A stretch of 64,000 nucleotides of DNA, taken from assembly GCF_963921235.1 (NCBI RefSeq), contig NC_086101.1, positions 868,001 to 932,000 of the forward strand, in the 5' to 3' direction. The notes under the pieces are model-generated. The model saw only the letters and a list, made by a program, of their open reading frames with translations. It made no database searches and had not been told where the DNA came from. Position 1 is the stretch's first letter; every line of letters starts with the position of its first letter. The stretch comes from Mobula hypostoma. Its lineage: Eukaryota. Shown here piece by piece: positions 1 through 13,120 of the stretch. The translations under genes were made by a program, and so were the position numbers.

Positions 1-543
1 TCCCATATAAGCCCCCACCTTAAATTCCTCCATATACCTGTCTAGTAGTCTCTTAAACTTCACTAGAGTATCTGCCTCCACCACTGACTCAGGCAGTGCA
101 TTCCACGCACCAGCCACTCTCTGAGTAAAAAAACCATCCTCTAATATCCCCCTTGAACTTCTCACCCCTTACCTTAAAGCCATGTCCTCTTGTATTGAGC
201 AGTGGTGCCCTGGGGAAGAGGCATTGGCTATCCACTCTATCTATTCCTCTTATTATCTTGTACACCTCTATCATGTCTCCTCTCATCCTCCTTCTCTCCA
301 AAGAGTAAAGCCCTAGCTCCCTTAATCTCTGATCATAATGCATACTTTCTAAACCAGGCAGCATCCTGGTAAATCTCCTCTGTACCCTTTCCAATGCTTC
401 CACATCCTTCCTATAGTGAGGTGACCAGAACTGGACACAGTACTCCAAGTGTGGCCTAACCAGAGTTTTATAGAGCTGCATCATTACATCGCGACTCTTA
501 AACTCTATCCCTCAACTTATGAAAGCTAACACCCCATAAGCTT

Positions 544-1233
544 AAACAACAGGAATTCTGCAGATGCTGGAAATTCAAGCAACACACATCAAAGTTGCTG
601 GTGAACGCAGCAGGCCAGGCAGCATCTGTAGGAAGAGGTGCAGTCGACGTTTCAGGCCGAGACCCTTCGTCAGGACTAACTGAAGGAAGAGTGAGTAAGG
701 GATTTGAAAGTTGGAGGGGGAGGGGGAGATGCAAAATGATAGGAGAAGACAGGAGGGGGAGGGATAGAGCCGAGAGCTGGACAGGTGATAGGCAAAAGGG
801 GATACGAGAGGATCATGGGACAGGAGGTCTGGGAAGAAAGACAAGGGGGGGGGGACCCAGAGGATGGGCAAGAGGTATATTCAGAGGGACAGAGGGAGAA
901 AAAGGAGAGTGAGAAAAAGAATGTGTGCATAAAAATAAGTAACAGATGGGGTACAAGGGGGAGGTGGGGCCTTAGCGGAAGTTAGAGAAAAGTCGATGTT
1001 CATGCCATCAGGTTGGAGGCTACCCAGACGGAATATAAGGTGTTGTTCCTCCAACCTGAGTGTGGCTTCATCTTTACAGTAGAGGAGGCCGTGGATAGAC
1101 ATGTCAGAATGGGAATGGGATGTGGAATTAAAATGTGTGGCCACTGGGAGATCCTGCTTTCTCTGGCGGACAGAGCGTAGATGTTCAGCAAAGCGGTCTC
1201 CCAGTCTGTGTCGGGTCTCGCCAATATCGCTTT
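544..1233 (-). mobile_element. Penelope-like element, 5'-truncated: GIY-YIG endonuclease C-terminus plus pseudo-LTR with hammerhead motif
   Basis: Minus frame reads IGETRHRLGDRFAEH...PVATHFN...RLEEQHLIFRLGSLQPDGMN, the PLE GIY-YIG signature. Flanked by the 9-bp duplication CATAAGCTT (535-543 and 1234-1242) inside the CR1. Confidence 0.88.
642..677 (-). ncRNA. Minimal type I hammerhead ribozyme motif (intact)
   Basis: Minus strand reads AGTC-CTGACGA-AGGgtctcggCCT-GAAA-CGTC-GACT. Stem I is AGTC/GACT, core CUGANGA, stem II AGG/CCT, then GAAA, palindromic ACGT and a GUC site. Confidence 0.8.
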
Positions 1234-1539
1234 CATAAGCTTTCTTAACTACCCTATCCACCCACCTGTGAGGCAACTTTCAGGGATCTGTAGACATGTA
1301 CCCCGAGATCCCTCTGCTCCTCCACACTACCAAGTATCCTGCCATTTACTTTGTACTCTGCCTTGGAGTTTGTCCTTCCAAAGTGTACCACCTCACACTT
1401 GCCCGGGTTAAACTCCATCTGCCACTTCTCAGCCCACTTCTGCATCCTATCAATGTCTCTCTGCAATCTTTGACAATCCTCAACACTATCTACAACACCA
1501 CCAACCTTTGTGTCGTCTGCAAACTTGCCAACCCACCCT

Positions 1540-2260
1540 TATCTATTTATAATACAGTAACTTAAGCAAGATAAACAAAAGTTAACAGTGTTATGTGTAT
1601 ATGTGTGTAAATATAACTCCCAAACTATTGAGCTTGGGGGAAACAAGGCTTAGAGTCTTGAGATGGTAAAGTATTAAAGTTCAGTTCATCCACGGAATAG
1701 GGGATGAGAGAGAAATATTTGTAATCCAGGCTAAATGTCAAGAGAAGGCAATTGTGTCGAATTCCACAGGTTCCACGGTGGTAGAACAGGAGAACAGTCG
1801 CTGTAGATTTTATCTGTCGTCGTTCCAAATCCACATACGAATTATCACCGGAAGTGACTTGTCACAAGGGGTATCGTCTTCAAGTGAATTACCACACCAC
1901 ACCCAGGCAAGGGTTAACACATAAGTGGACTTCACAGGATACCCCAAATTCGATCCACTCCTATGGATCACACGAGGTGACAACCACACATTCGATGTAC
2001 GCTGAATCGATAATTAACCCACCCTTATGGGCATAGGAAAGTTCTGAACAGTGACCCTTGGCCACTAGATCCCTGGTTTCGATCCTTACATTTTACCTCC
2101 TTTGTCTCCATCTGACTCAGTGTCCGTGTCCTCGGTTAAAACTAAACAAGCTGCGAGCGATGTAAACAAGCTGCAAGTCAGACTGATTCGCCTTCTTAAT
2201 CTCCCTTTCTCTGTCATAAAGTGACTGTCCACAGCAAACAAACCCTAGGGATTCATAACA
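1540..2260 (-). mobile_element. LTR-like sequence (probably Gypsy), inserted in the ZNF-A 3' end and truncated by CR1
   Basis: The zinc-finger repeat stops abruptly at 2261. On the minus strand the foreign sequence starts TGTTATGAATCCC (TG start), is non-coding and shares GGACACTGAGT with the LTR at 30914-31813. The other end is lost. Confidence 0.5.
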
Positions 2261-2327
2261 GCGGCCACTCCCCGTTGTGAATTGACTGGTATGCCAGTAG
2301 TTGGGTTGACTGTGTGAATCCCTTCCC

Positions 2328-3893
2328 TCATTCTGAGCAGGTGAATGGCTTCTCCCCAGTGCAAACTTGCTGATGTCGCTGTAGGCTGGATGATCGTGTG
2401 AATCTCTTCCCACATTCTGATCGGGTGAATGGCTTCTCCCCAGTGTGAACTCGCTGATGACTCTGTAGGTCAGATGAGTGAGTGAATCTCTTCCCACAGA
2501 CTGAGCAGGTGAACGGCTTTTCCCCAGTGTGGACTCGCTGGTGTTTCTGTAGGTTGGATGAGTGAGTGAATCTCTTCCCACAGACTGAGCAGGTGAACGG
2601 CCTCCTCCCTGTGTGAACTGACTGGTGTGCCAGTAGGTGGGATGACTGAGTGAATCCTTTCCCACATTCTGAGCAGGTGAACGGCTTCTCCCCAGTGTGA
2701 ACTGACTGGTGTACCAGTAGGTGGGATGACCGAGTGAATCTTTTCCCACAGTCTGAACAGGTGAACGGCTTCTCCCCAGTGTGAATTTGCTGGTGTCTAT
2801 GTAGGTTGCATGACAGAGTGAATCTCTTCCCACATTCTAAGCAGGTGAATGGCTTCTCCCCAGTGTGAACTCGCTGATGACTCTGTAGGGTGGAAGAGTG
2901 AGTGAATCTCTTCCCACATTCTGCGCAGGAGAACGGCTTCTCCCCAGTGTGAACTCGCTGATGACTCTGTAGCTGGGATGACTGAGAGAATCTCTTCTCA
3001 CAGACTGAGCAGGTGAACGGCCTCTCCCTGGTGTGAACTGACTGGTGTGCCAGTAGTTGTGATGACCGAACGAATCCCTTCCCACATTCTGAGCAGGTGA
3101 ACGGCTTCTCTCCAGTGTGAACTGACTGGTGTGCCAGTAGTTGGGATGACTGAGTGAATCCTTTCCCACATTCTGAGCAGGTGAATGGCCACTCCCCACT
3201 GTGAACTGACTGGTGTGCCAGTAGTTGAGATGACCGAGTGAATCCCTTCCCACATTCTGAGCAGGTGAACGGCTTCTCCCCAGTGTGAAGTCGCTGGTGA
3301 TTCTGTAGGGTGGATGACTGAGTGAATCCCTTCCCACATTCTGAGCAGATGAACGGCTTCTCCCCAGTGTGAACTTGCTGGTGACTCTGTAGGGCGGATG
3401 ACTGATTGAATCCCTTCCCACAGATTGAGCAGGAGAATGGCTTCTCCCCAGTGTGAACTCGCTGGTGTCTCTGTAGGTTGGATGATACAGTGAATTTCTT
3501 CCCACAGACTGAGCAGGTGAACGGCTTCTCTCCAGTGTGAACAGACTTGTGTCTCTGTAGGTTGGATGACTCAGTGAATCTCTTCCCACAGTCTGAGCAG
3601 GTGAATGGCTTCTCCCCAGTGTGAACTCGCTGATGACTCTGTAAGTTGGATGACTGACTGAATCCCTTCCCACAGACTGAGCATGTGAATGGCTTTTCCC
3701 CAGTGTGGACTCGCTGATGGATCTGTAGGGTGGATGAATCAGTGAATCTTTTCCCACAGACTGAGCAGGTGAACAGCTTCTCCCCAGTGTGAACGCGTTG
3801 GTGTTTCTGTAGAGTGGAAGAGTGAGTGAATCCCTTCCCGCAGTCTGAGCAGGTGAACGGCTGCTCCCTGGTGTGAACTCGCTGGTGTGCCAT
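2328..3893 (-). CDS. ZNF-A: tandem C2H2 zinc-finger protein, 17 canonical fingers plus 1 degenerate, no effector domain seen
   Basis: Repeating [15 protein letters not shown]...HQRVH units. First ATG is at 3893 (MAHQRVH); the track start at 3926 is GTG. It ends at a TGA replacing a Cys codon, with one more broken finger following to 2261. Confidence 0.9.
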   Translation of the reverse strand: MAHQRVHTREQPFTCSDCGKGFTHSSTLQKHQRVHTGEKLFTCSVCGKRFTDSSTLQIHQRVHTGEKPFTCSVCGKGFSQSSNLQSHQRVHTGEKPFTCSDCGKRFTESSNLQRHKSVHTGEKPFTCSVCGKKFTVSSNLQRHQRVHTGEKPFSCSICGKGFNQSSALQSHQQVHTGEKPFICSECGKGFTQSSTLQNHQRLHTGEKPFTCSECGKGFTRSSQLLAHQSVHSGEWPFTCSECGKGFTQSSQLLAHQSVHTGEKPFTCSECGKGFVRSSQLLAHQSVHTRERPFTCSVCEKRFSQSSQLQSHQRVHTGEKPFSCAECGKRFTHSSTLQSHQRVHTGEKPFTCLECGKRFTLSCNLHRHQQIHTGEKPFTCSDCGKRFTRSSHLLVHQSVHTGEKPFTCSECGKGFTQSSHLLAHQSVHTGRRPFTCSVCGKRFTHSSNLQKHQRVHTGEKPFTCSVCGKRFTHSSDLQSHQRVHTGEKPFTRSECGKRFTRSSSLQRHQQVCTGEKPFTCSE

Positions 3894-4216
3894 TAGGTCA
3901 GATGACTGAGTGAATCCCTTCCCCACAAATTCAGCAGATGACTAGCCTCTGACTGGTGTGTCCACAGGTGGGATGACCGACTGAATCCTTTCTCACACAC
4001 AGAACAGATGAATGGCCTTACCCAGTGTGAACTTGCTGATGTACCTTCAATTGAGATGACTGAGTGAATCCATTCCCACTGTCTGAGCAGGTGAACGGCC
4101 TCTCCCCTGTGTAAAACAACAGGTGTGCCGGTTGGTCAAATGACCGAATGAATCCCTCCCCACAGTCTTCGCAGGAAGGATGGTCAATTGAATCCCTTGC
4201 TCCACTTCTTAAACAT
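3894..4216 (-). other. Start of the ZNF-A final exon: frameshifted or stopped zinc fingers, probably 5' UTR
   Basis: Acceptor ttttgctgtctctgtctAG|atgttt on the minus strand (AG at 4218-4217), followed by degenerate fingers (ORF 4018-4377 stops after HQQVHTG). Same layout at 34931-35259. Confidence 0.6.
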
Positions 4217-4258
4217 CTAGACAGAGACAGCAAAACTGACGTGTTTGAGATTCCTGGA

Positions 4259-6397
4259 GACCATAAGACCATAAGACATAAGACCGTAAGACAAAGGAGC
4301 AGAAGTAGGCCATTCGGCCCATCGAGTCTGCTCCACCATTTTATCATGAGCTGATCCATTCTCCCATTTAGTCCCACTCCCCCGCCTTCTCACCATAACC
4401 TTTGATGCCCTGGCTACTCAGATATCTATCAATCTCTGCCTTAAATACACCCAATGACCTGGCCTCCACTGCCACCTGTGGCAACAAATTCCATAGATTC
4501 ACCACCCTCTGGCTAAAAAAATTTCTTCGCATTTCTGTTCTGAATGGGCGCCCTTCAATCCTTAAGTCATGCCCTCTCGTACTAGACTCCCCCATCATGG
4601 GAAACAACTTTGCCTCATCCACTCTGTCCATGTCTTTCAACATCCGAAATGTTTCTATGAGGTCTCCCCTCATTCTTCTAAACTCCAAGGAATACAGTCC
4701 AAGAGTGGACAAACGTTCCTCATATGTTAACCCTCTCATTCCCGGAATCATTCGAGTGAATTTTCTCTGTACCCTCTCCAACGTCAGCACATCCTTTCTT
4801 AAATAAGGAGACCAAAACTGCCCACAGTACTCCAAGTGAGGTCTCACTAGTGCCTTATAGAGCCTCAACATCACATCCCTGCTCCTATACTCTATTCCTC
4901 TAGAAATGAATGCCAACATTGCATTCGCCTTCTTTACCACCGACTCAACCTGGAGGTTAACCTTAAGGGTATCCTGTACGAGGACTCCCAAGTCCCGCTG
5001 CATCTCAGAACTTTGAATTCTTTCCCCATTTAAATAATAGTCTGCCCATTTATTTTTTCCGCCAAAGTGCATAACCATACACTTTCCAACATTGTACTTC
5101 ATTTGCCACTTCTCTGCCCATTCTTCCAATCTATCCAAGTCTCTCTGCAGACTCTCCGTTTCCTCAGCACTACCGGCCGCTCCACCTATCTTCGTATCGT
5201 CAGCAAACTTAGCCACAAAGCCATCTATTCCATAATCCAAATCGTTGATGTACAATGTAAAAAGAAGCAGCCCCAATACGGACCCCTGTGGAACACCACT
5301 GGTAACCAGCAGCCAACCAGAATAGGATCCTTTTATTCCCACTCTCTGTTTCCTGCCAATCAGCCAATGCTCTATCCACGTATGTAACTTTCCCGTAATT
5401 CCATGGGCTCTTATCTTGTTAAGTAGCCTCATGTGTGGCACCTTGTCAAACGCCTTCTGAAAATCCAAATATACAACGTCCACTGCATCTCCCTTGTCTA
5501 GCCTACTTGTAATTTCCTCGAAAAATTGTAATAGGTTTGTCAGGCAGGATTTTCCTTTAAGGAATCCATGCTGAGTTCTGCCTATCTTGTCATATGCCTC
5601 CAGGTACTCTGTAACCTCATCCTTGACAATCGACTCCAACAACTTCCCAACCACGGATGTCAAGCTAACAGGTCTATAATTTCCTTTTTGCTTCCTTGCC
5701 CCCTTCTTAAATAGCGGAGTGACATTTGCAATCTTCCAGTCCTCCGGAACCATGCCAGAATCTATCGACTTTTGAAAGATCATTGCTAATGCCTCCGCAA
5801 TCTCCACAGCTACTTCCTTCAGAACACGAGGATGTATTCCATCTGGTCCAGGAGATTTATCTACCCTTAGACTATTCAGCTTCCTAAGTACTTTCTCTGT
5901 CGTAATTGTGACTGCGCACACTTCTCTTCCCTGCCACTCTTGAGTGTCCGGTATACTGCCGATGTCTTCCTCAGGGAAGACTGATGCAAAATACTCGTTC
6001 AGTTCCTCTGCCATCTCCTTATCTCCCATTACAATTTCTCCAGCATCATTTTCTATGGGTCCTATATCTACTCTCACCTGTCTTTTACTCTTTATATACT
6101 TGAAAAAGCTTTTTGTATCCTCTTTGATATTATTTGCTAGCTTCCTTTCATAGTTAATCTTTTCCCTCTTAATGACCTTCCTGTTTTCCTTTTGTAAGGT
6201 TTTAAAAACTTCCCAAACCTCTGTCTTCCCACTAATTTTTGCTTCCTTGTATGCCCTCTCCTTTGCTTTAACTTTGGCTTTGACTTCTCTTGTCAACCAC
6301 GGTTGCATCCTTTTTGCATTCGAAAATTTCTTCTTTTTTGGAATATACCTGTCTTGCACCTTCCTCGCTTCTCGCATAAACTCCAGCCACTGCTGCT
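4259..6397 (-). mobile_element. Young CR1 LINE, 5'-truncated, with an uninterrupted RT-containing ORF (4368-6377)
   Basis: 669-codon open frame with KSPGPDG, NYRPVSLTS, YLDFQKAFDKV, GVPQGSVLG and FADD; no APE domain. (TAAGACCA)n tail at 4259-4292. Absent at the paralogous site near 35305. Confidence 0.95.
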
Positions 6398-6894
6398 CTT
6401 CCTTCTCATTTTTAACCTGTGAAAAGATTTACAAAATCCATCAATGGGTGTAGGACAACATTTCAGATGAGATCTGACATCACACTGTTACAGTGAGGTT
6501 CAACCCAAGTGGGACAGAGAAATCATCTCCTGACTGGGCACAGTACTGGTATCCAGAATGACCATCAATTCCCTGATGCTCTTCCTGTCTCTATAAGAAT
6601 GAGGCTTTCTGCTTTCTCCAGTCTGTGACCTGGCTCAGTTTGACATTCTCCACTGGTATTATTCCCTGTTCCTGCTGAGCTGCATGGCTGCCTGACCTTA
6701 CAGTATCTGAAACACTCTCACGCATATAGTCTTTCTTGAAGTGCAGCTGGAATTTTCTTTTACGTACTATTAACTTAAGGTGCCACAGTTTTAATGCCAT
6801 GTAGAAAATTCCTGCTGAGATGAATAGTTGGTCCGCACAGCTGTTAAAAGGACTTAAAGTGAATTTTTGTATTATTTCAGGTTCTTGTCACAGT

Positions 6895-9800
6895 CATAGA
6901 AAATTACAACACAGAAACAGGCCCTTTGGCCCACCTAGTTTGTGCTGAACTATTTAAACTGTTTCCTCCCGTACCCCTACCATCCAGTTACCTATGCAAA
7001 CCTCTTAAATGTTGAAATCGAGCTTGCATGCACCACTTGTGCTGGCTGCTCATTCCACATTCCACTTCTTCTGTGTGAAGAAGTTTCCCCTCATGTTCCC
7101 CTTAATGTTTCACCTTTCACCCTTAACCCATGACCTCTGGTTGTAGTCCCACCCAATCTCAGTGCAGAAAGCCAGCTTGCATTTGCCCTATCTATATGCC
7201 TCTATCACAATCAAATCTCCCCTCAGTCTTCTACATTCCAAGGAATAAAGCCCTGACCTGTTCAATCTTTCCTTATAACCCAAGTCCTCCAGACCTGGCA
7301 AAATCCTTGTGAATTTTCTCTGAACTCTTTCAACCTCTTACAACTTTCCTGTAGGTAGGTGACCAAAACTGCACATAATACTACAAATTAGGCCTCACTA
7401 ATATCTTCTACAAGTCAACATAACATCCATCTATTATTGTCAGTACTTTGGTTCATGAAGGCAATGGGCTGAAATCTTTCTTTCTGTCCCTATCTAACTG
7501 TGATACCACTTTCAGTGAATTAAGGACTTGTATTCCCAGGTCCTTTGCTGCCACAACACTCCTCCGTGCCCGACCAGTCACTGTGAAAGACCTCCCTTGG
7601 TAACTCACACTTATCTGCATTAAATACCATTTTGCATTTCTCAAACCATTTTCCCAGTTGGTCCAGATCGCACTGTAAGCCATGATAATCTTCCTCGCTG
7701 TCCACGACACCCCCAGTCTTGGTGACAGCCACAAATTTGCTGATCCAGTTAACCACACTATCATCTGGGTTACTGATATAGATGACAAACAATAGATCCG
7801 GCACTGATCCCTGCGGCACACCATCAGTCACCGGCCTGCAGTCAGAGAGACAACCATCTGCTACCACAGTCTGGCTTCTCCCAAAGACAGTGTCTCATCC
7901 AATTTACCATCTCACCTTGAATGCTGAGTGACTGAACCTTCTTGACCAACCTCCAATATGAGACTTTGTCAAGTGCTTTGCTAAAATCCATGTAGACAAC
8001 ATCCACTGCCTTGTCTTAATCCACTTCCCTGATAACTTCCTCGAGAGACTCTGTACGATTGGTTAGACATCACCTACCATGCACACAGCCCTGCTGCCTA
8101 TCCTTAATCAGTCCACATCTATCCAAATACTTATATAGTCAGTTCCTGCACATACGTCCAATAACTTTCCCACTATTGATGTCAAGCTCACCAACATACA
8201 ATTTCTTACTTTATTTTTAGAGCCTTTCTTGAACAGCGGAACAACATTGGCTATCCTCCAATCCTCCAGTACCTCACCTGTCTCTAAGGATTATTTAAGT
8301 ATCTGTGCTTGGGCCCCGACAACTTCTGCACTTGTCTTCCGCAGGGTCCTAGGGAACAACTTGTCATGCTAATTTGCCTTAAGAGAGCAAATACCTCCAC
8401 CTCTGTAATCTGAACAGGGTCCATGAAGTTGATGCTGCTTTGCCTCACTTCTGCAGACTCTGTGTGCATCTCCTGAGTAAATACAGATGCAAAACAAATC
8501 TCACACATCTATGTGAACATCTATCCAGAACGAGGGGTCACAGTTTGAGGATAGAGGGGAAGCCTTTTAGGACCGAGATTAGGAAAAACTTCTTCACACA
8601 GAGAGTGGTGAATCTGTGGAATTCTCTGCCACAGCAAACTGTTGAGGCCAGTTCATTGGCTATGTTTAAGAGGGAGTTAGATATGGCCCTTGTGGCTACA
8701 GGGGTCAGGGGGTATGGAGGGAAGGCTGGGGCGGGGTTCTGAGTTGGATGATCAGCCATGATCATAATAAATGGCGGTGCAGGCTCGAAGGGCCGAATGG
8801 CCTACTCCTGCACCTATTTTCTATGTTTCTATGTTTCTATGTTGTCTTCCCATATGGATTACCATTCTAATCTTGCAGAGGATTAATTTTTTCCCTTAAC
8901 TGTCTTCGCTCTTAACATATCTGCAGAATCCACGAGGATTCTCCTTCACCTTGTCTGCTGGGGCAACCTCATGCTTTCTTTAATTTCTGTCTTAAGTGTT
9001 CACTTGAATTTCCTGTATCTCATAAGTACCCCATTTGTTCCTATCTGCCTGTACCTGGTATGTACCTCCTTTTTATTGATCTGGAGATGAAAGTCAAAAG
9101 GGGTGATTGAGCTGCACAGTGGGGGGAGGGTTAAACAGAAGTTGCAGGGGGAATGGGAGCCTGAATAACAGAACAGATGGTGGAGGGGTGGTGGAGACAG
9201 ATATTATTCAGTCCTCAGACAAAGTCTGAATGAAAAAGTTGAGCATGGTGCAGTGAATATGCTGAGCCCTGTATATTTCAATACAAGGAGCAGCGTAGGA
9301 AAGGCGGATGTGTTCAGGGCATGGATCAACACCTGGAATTAAGATACTGTGGATTGGGAGAGGCTGCTTTATGGCAAAGGTGTGCTTGGTAAATGGGAGG
9401 CCTTCAAATCAAAATTTTGATAGCACAAAGCGGGTATGTGCTTGTCAGAATAAAAGGTAAAGATAGAAACTGTAGGGAACCTTGGTTTTCAAGAGATATT
9501 GAGATGCTGGTGAAGCACAAAATGGAGTTGCAGAACAGGGATAGGCAGGCAGGTTCTTATGGAGTGTAAGAAATGCAAGAGAACACATAAGAAATAAATC
9601 AGGATGGCAAAAAAAGGCATGAGGTTGCTGTCGCAGAAAAGATGAAGGATAACTCTCAGGGATTCTAGAGATAGATTAAGAGCAAAAGGATTGCAAGGCA
9701 CAAAGTTGGTCTTCTGGAAGACCGGAATGGCAACCAAAGCAGATAGGGGAGATCTTAAATATGTTTTCATCTCTATTTACTCAGCAGATGGACAAAGGGT

Positions 9801-11560
9801 CTATGGGGGAGTGTGGGAAAGTGGCAGTAATACTGTGGACCCTGTACAGATTAAAGAAGAGAAGTTATTTCGCTGTTCAATATAGAACATAGAAATATAC
9901 AGCATATTCCAGGCCATTCAGCCTAAAATGTTGGGCCAACCATGTAACTTACTCTAGAAACTGCCTAGAATTTCCCTAGCGCATAGCCCTCTATTTTTCT
10001 CAGCTCCATGTACCTATCTAAGAGGCTGTTAAAAGACTCTATTGTATCTGCCTTGACCACTGCTGCTGGCAGCCCATTCCACGCACGCACCATTCTGTGT
10101 AAAAAAACGTACCACTGACATCCCCTCTGTACCTACTTCCAAGCACCTTAAAACTGTGCCCGTCGTGTTACCCATTTCAGTCCTGGGAAAAAACCTCTGG
10201 CTATCCACATGATCAATGCCTCTCATCAATTTATACACCTAAAAAAGACTCTAAACATAAACAAGGAAATTATAAATGGCTTTGAGGATTCATTAGAAGT
10301 ACACAAAATTATGAGGGTACAGATAAGGTAAATGCAAGCAGCTTTTTCTACAGAGGTTGGGTGGGATGACAACCAGAGGTCATGGATAAGTGGGGAAGGT
10401 GAAAATTTAACAGGAACATTTGGAAAAGCTCTTTACTGAAATGGTCGTGAGAGTGTGTAACGAAATACCAGCACGAGTGGTGAATGTGAGCTCGATTTCA
10501 GAATTAAGAGGAGTTTCATTGGTACCTGGATGGTAGGGGTATGGAGGGCGATGGTCCCGGTGCAGGCAGTTGCATTAGACAGCTTAAATGATTTTTAGGC
10601 ATTGACTAGATGGGCCAAATAGCCTGTGTCTGAACTGAACTTCTCCATACTTCTATGACAAAGAAGCTGGCCAAACTTGTTTGGAAGGGAAAAGGTAGGA
10701 GTGACAATGGAGCAGCAATAGCTGGAGTTTCTGGGGGCAATTCGGGAGCTGAGTGATCGATACATCCCAAAGAACTGGAAGCATTGGAAAGGCAGGAGGA
10801 CACAACCCTGGCTGAAATGAGAAGCCAAAGCCAACATAAAAGCCGGAGAGGGCGAACAAAAGAGCAAAAACTATTGGGAAGCTTTTAGAAACCAACAGAA
10901 GACGACTAAAAAAAAAGTCAGATGAACTCAGGGCTTGGAATTATGATATTGCAGTCATTAATGAGTCTTGGTAGCACCCAACAATCTGAGATATTTAGAG
11001 GAACAAAATATCCGGGGCCCCAATATCTCTTGAAGACCAAGGTACCAGGCAACAGTTACCTTTCAACTTTTATTTTGACAGGCACATACAAACCAGACAC
11101 CCTCAAAATTTCACTTCTGAAGGCCTCCCACTTGCCAAGTACTCCTTTGCTAGAAAACAGCCTGTCTCAAACCACACGTCAGATCCTTTCTTCAATTTAG
11201 AATCTAAACCCGTGGTTCAGACATCTCTTTTTGCATATTTATTTTGAATCTCATGGCATTATGATCACTAATTTCTGTCACCAGCCCTGGATCATTTCCT
11301 AACAGCTTACTGCACACTTCTATGTCGGGAATTCTACGTACTGATTAAGGACACATTTGACAAACTCTACCCCATCTAGTCCTTTTACAGTATGGGAGTC
11401 CCAGTCAATATTTGGAAAGCTAAAATCACTTACTGGAACAACCTTTGTTTCTTGGCATGGTCTGCGATCTCTCAATAAATTTGTTCCTCTAAATCCCTCA
11501 AACTGTTGGGAGCAACCAAGTCCCAATAATGGCTACAATATTATAATTCCCTGTCCTCAG
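6895..11560. mobile_element. Pile of old, fragmented CR1 LINE pieces in both orientations
   Basis: Degenerate GVPQGSV (ORF 7520-7867), DFSFPNIDW (ORF 11320-11526) and several CR1 3' UTR tails. About 10060-11560 is also present at about 35670-37260. Confidence 0.75.
8520..8842 (+). mobile_element. CR1 3' end with (TTTCTATG)n tail
   Basis: RTRGHSLRI...RKNFFTQRVVNLWNSLP, then 3' UTR and microsatellite tail. Same subfamily as 27627-28636 and 61335-61488. Confidence 0.9.
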
Positions 11561-11589
11561 CTCAGCACATTCATCACACCATGTTCAAT

Positions 11590-12363
11590 CATTTGATTGC
11601 AGACTCTATCTGAGGTCTGAACAACATCTGACTGGTGTCAAGAAAATGAACTCTCCCTCATTGTCACAAAAACAAAGAAGCTGATTGTGGATGACAGGAG
11701 GAATGGAGACAGGCTAACCTCTATTGGCATCAATGGATCTGGGGTTAAGAAGGCATAAACATCACCAAGGATCTCACTTTGTCTGTACATACTGGCTGTG
11801 TTGTGAAAAGAGCACAGCAGCACCTCTTTCACCTTAGATGGTTGAAGAAGGTGGGGATGGGGCCTTAAATCCTAAGGACTTTCTACAGGAACACAATTGA
11901 GAGCATCCTGACTGGCTGCATCACTGCCTGGTAAGGGAACTGTACTTCCATTAATCACAGGACTCTGCAGAGAGTGGTGCAGACAGCCCAGCGCATTGTA
12001 GATGTGAACTTCTCACTATTCAGGACATTTACAGGGACAGGTGTGTAAAAGGGGCCCAAAGGATATTGGGGACCCAATCCACCACAACCACAAACTGTTC
12101 CTGCTGCTACCATCCAGGAAACGGTACCACAGCAAAAGGACCAACAGGCTCCAGGACATCATCTTCTCCCAGGCCGTCAGACTGATTAATTCATGCTGAT
12201 ACAATTGCATTTCTATGTTATATTGACTGTCCTATGTACAAACTATTTATTATAAATTACTATAAATTACACACTGCACATTCAGATGGAGATGTAATGT
12301 ACAGATTTCTACTCCTCATGTATATGAAGGATGCATGTAATAAATACAATTCAATTCAATTCA
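11590..12363 (+). mobile_element. Rex1/Babar-type LINE 3' fragment (paralogous copy at about 37260-37850)
   Basis: TKKLIVDDR and FYRNTIESILTGCITAW motifs, AATAAA and a (TTCAA)n tail. Confidence 0.8.
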
Positions 12364-12379
12364 CCCTCTCCACTATCTG

Positions 12380-12870
12380 TTCTGACATTCTGTCTCCCAT
12401 TTCCCCTTTAACTTATTTTAACCCCCCACATCACCCTCTCCCCCCACACTAGCACTAGCAAGGCTTACCACTAGGATATTAGTCCCCTCTTGTTCTGTAC
12501 CCCTAACTAACAAATCCCCTATCACCCCTTTGACTTTCCTCTGCCAGGTAATCCCCCCCCCCAACAGTTTCTAAAGTGGTCCACCTGTTGTTATGTGGGA
12601 AAGCAGAAAGAGTACTCTGTGATGTCTGTTTAACCTCATTCCCCTTCCAGACTCTCACCCAGTTTCCTGTGTCCTGCACCTTGGGTGTAACTCACCTCTC
12701 TTCATGTCATACCTATCACCCTCTGCATCTCCTGGATGATCCAGAATTCATCCATTTCAAGTTCCAGCTCCTTAAAGTGCAGGGTTACAAGCTGCAGCTG
12801 GATGCACATCTTGTAGGTGAGGGCATCAAGGACATGGAGGTCTCCCCACCTTCCCACCAATGTCCCCTCT
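12380..12870 (-). mobile_element. CR1 ORF1 remnant
   Basis: ORF 12702-12893 (CIQLQL...KELELEMDEFWIIQE) resembles the CR1 ORF1 zinc-finger/leucine-zipper region. Confidence 0.55.
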
Positions 12871-13120
12871 AATTTGTAATGACCAGTGTGCACATAAATC
12901 TTGTATCGTGCATTTTTCTACCCAGTGACAACATGCAATATGTGCACAGTGAATTTGATATAGAGAGGTATTCATTTTGACAGGTATCAAATCACTGTCG
13001 ATAAGAACTTTGATTTCCTCTGGGTTCGAACGAGTTCATCTGCACTCTCACACAACCTATGTAGCAGGCCTGTAACGGGTAATGAAGGATTTTCTCACCA
13101 GGGCTTTTGCACATTGTCCA

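Larger units (their letters stand above)
1..1538 (-). mobile_element. CR1 LINE, 3' part of ORF2 (RT C-terminal region), split by a Penelope-like insertion at 544-1233
   Basis: ORFs 89-484 (LYKTLVRPHLEYCVQFWSP...RRRMRGD) and 1254-1466 (WQMEFNPGKCEVVHFG...RDLGV) are typical CR1 ORF2. Near-identical to the + strand copy at 37853-38806. Confidence 0.93.

Noticed and set aside
881..1276. 131-aa GIY-YIG gene
   Set aside because: A chance fusion of CR1 sequence to a truncated Penelope endonuclease lacking the N-terminal GIY motif.
2117..3757. Ser/Arg/His-rich repeat ORFs (GRDSL.../WEGIH...) overlapping the ZNF arrays, also at 33250-34817
   Set aside because: These are shadow frames of the 84-bp finger repeat.
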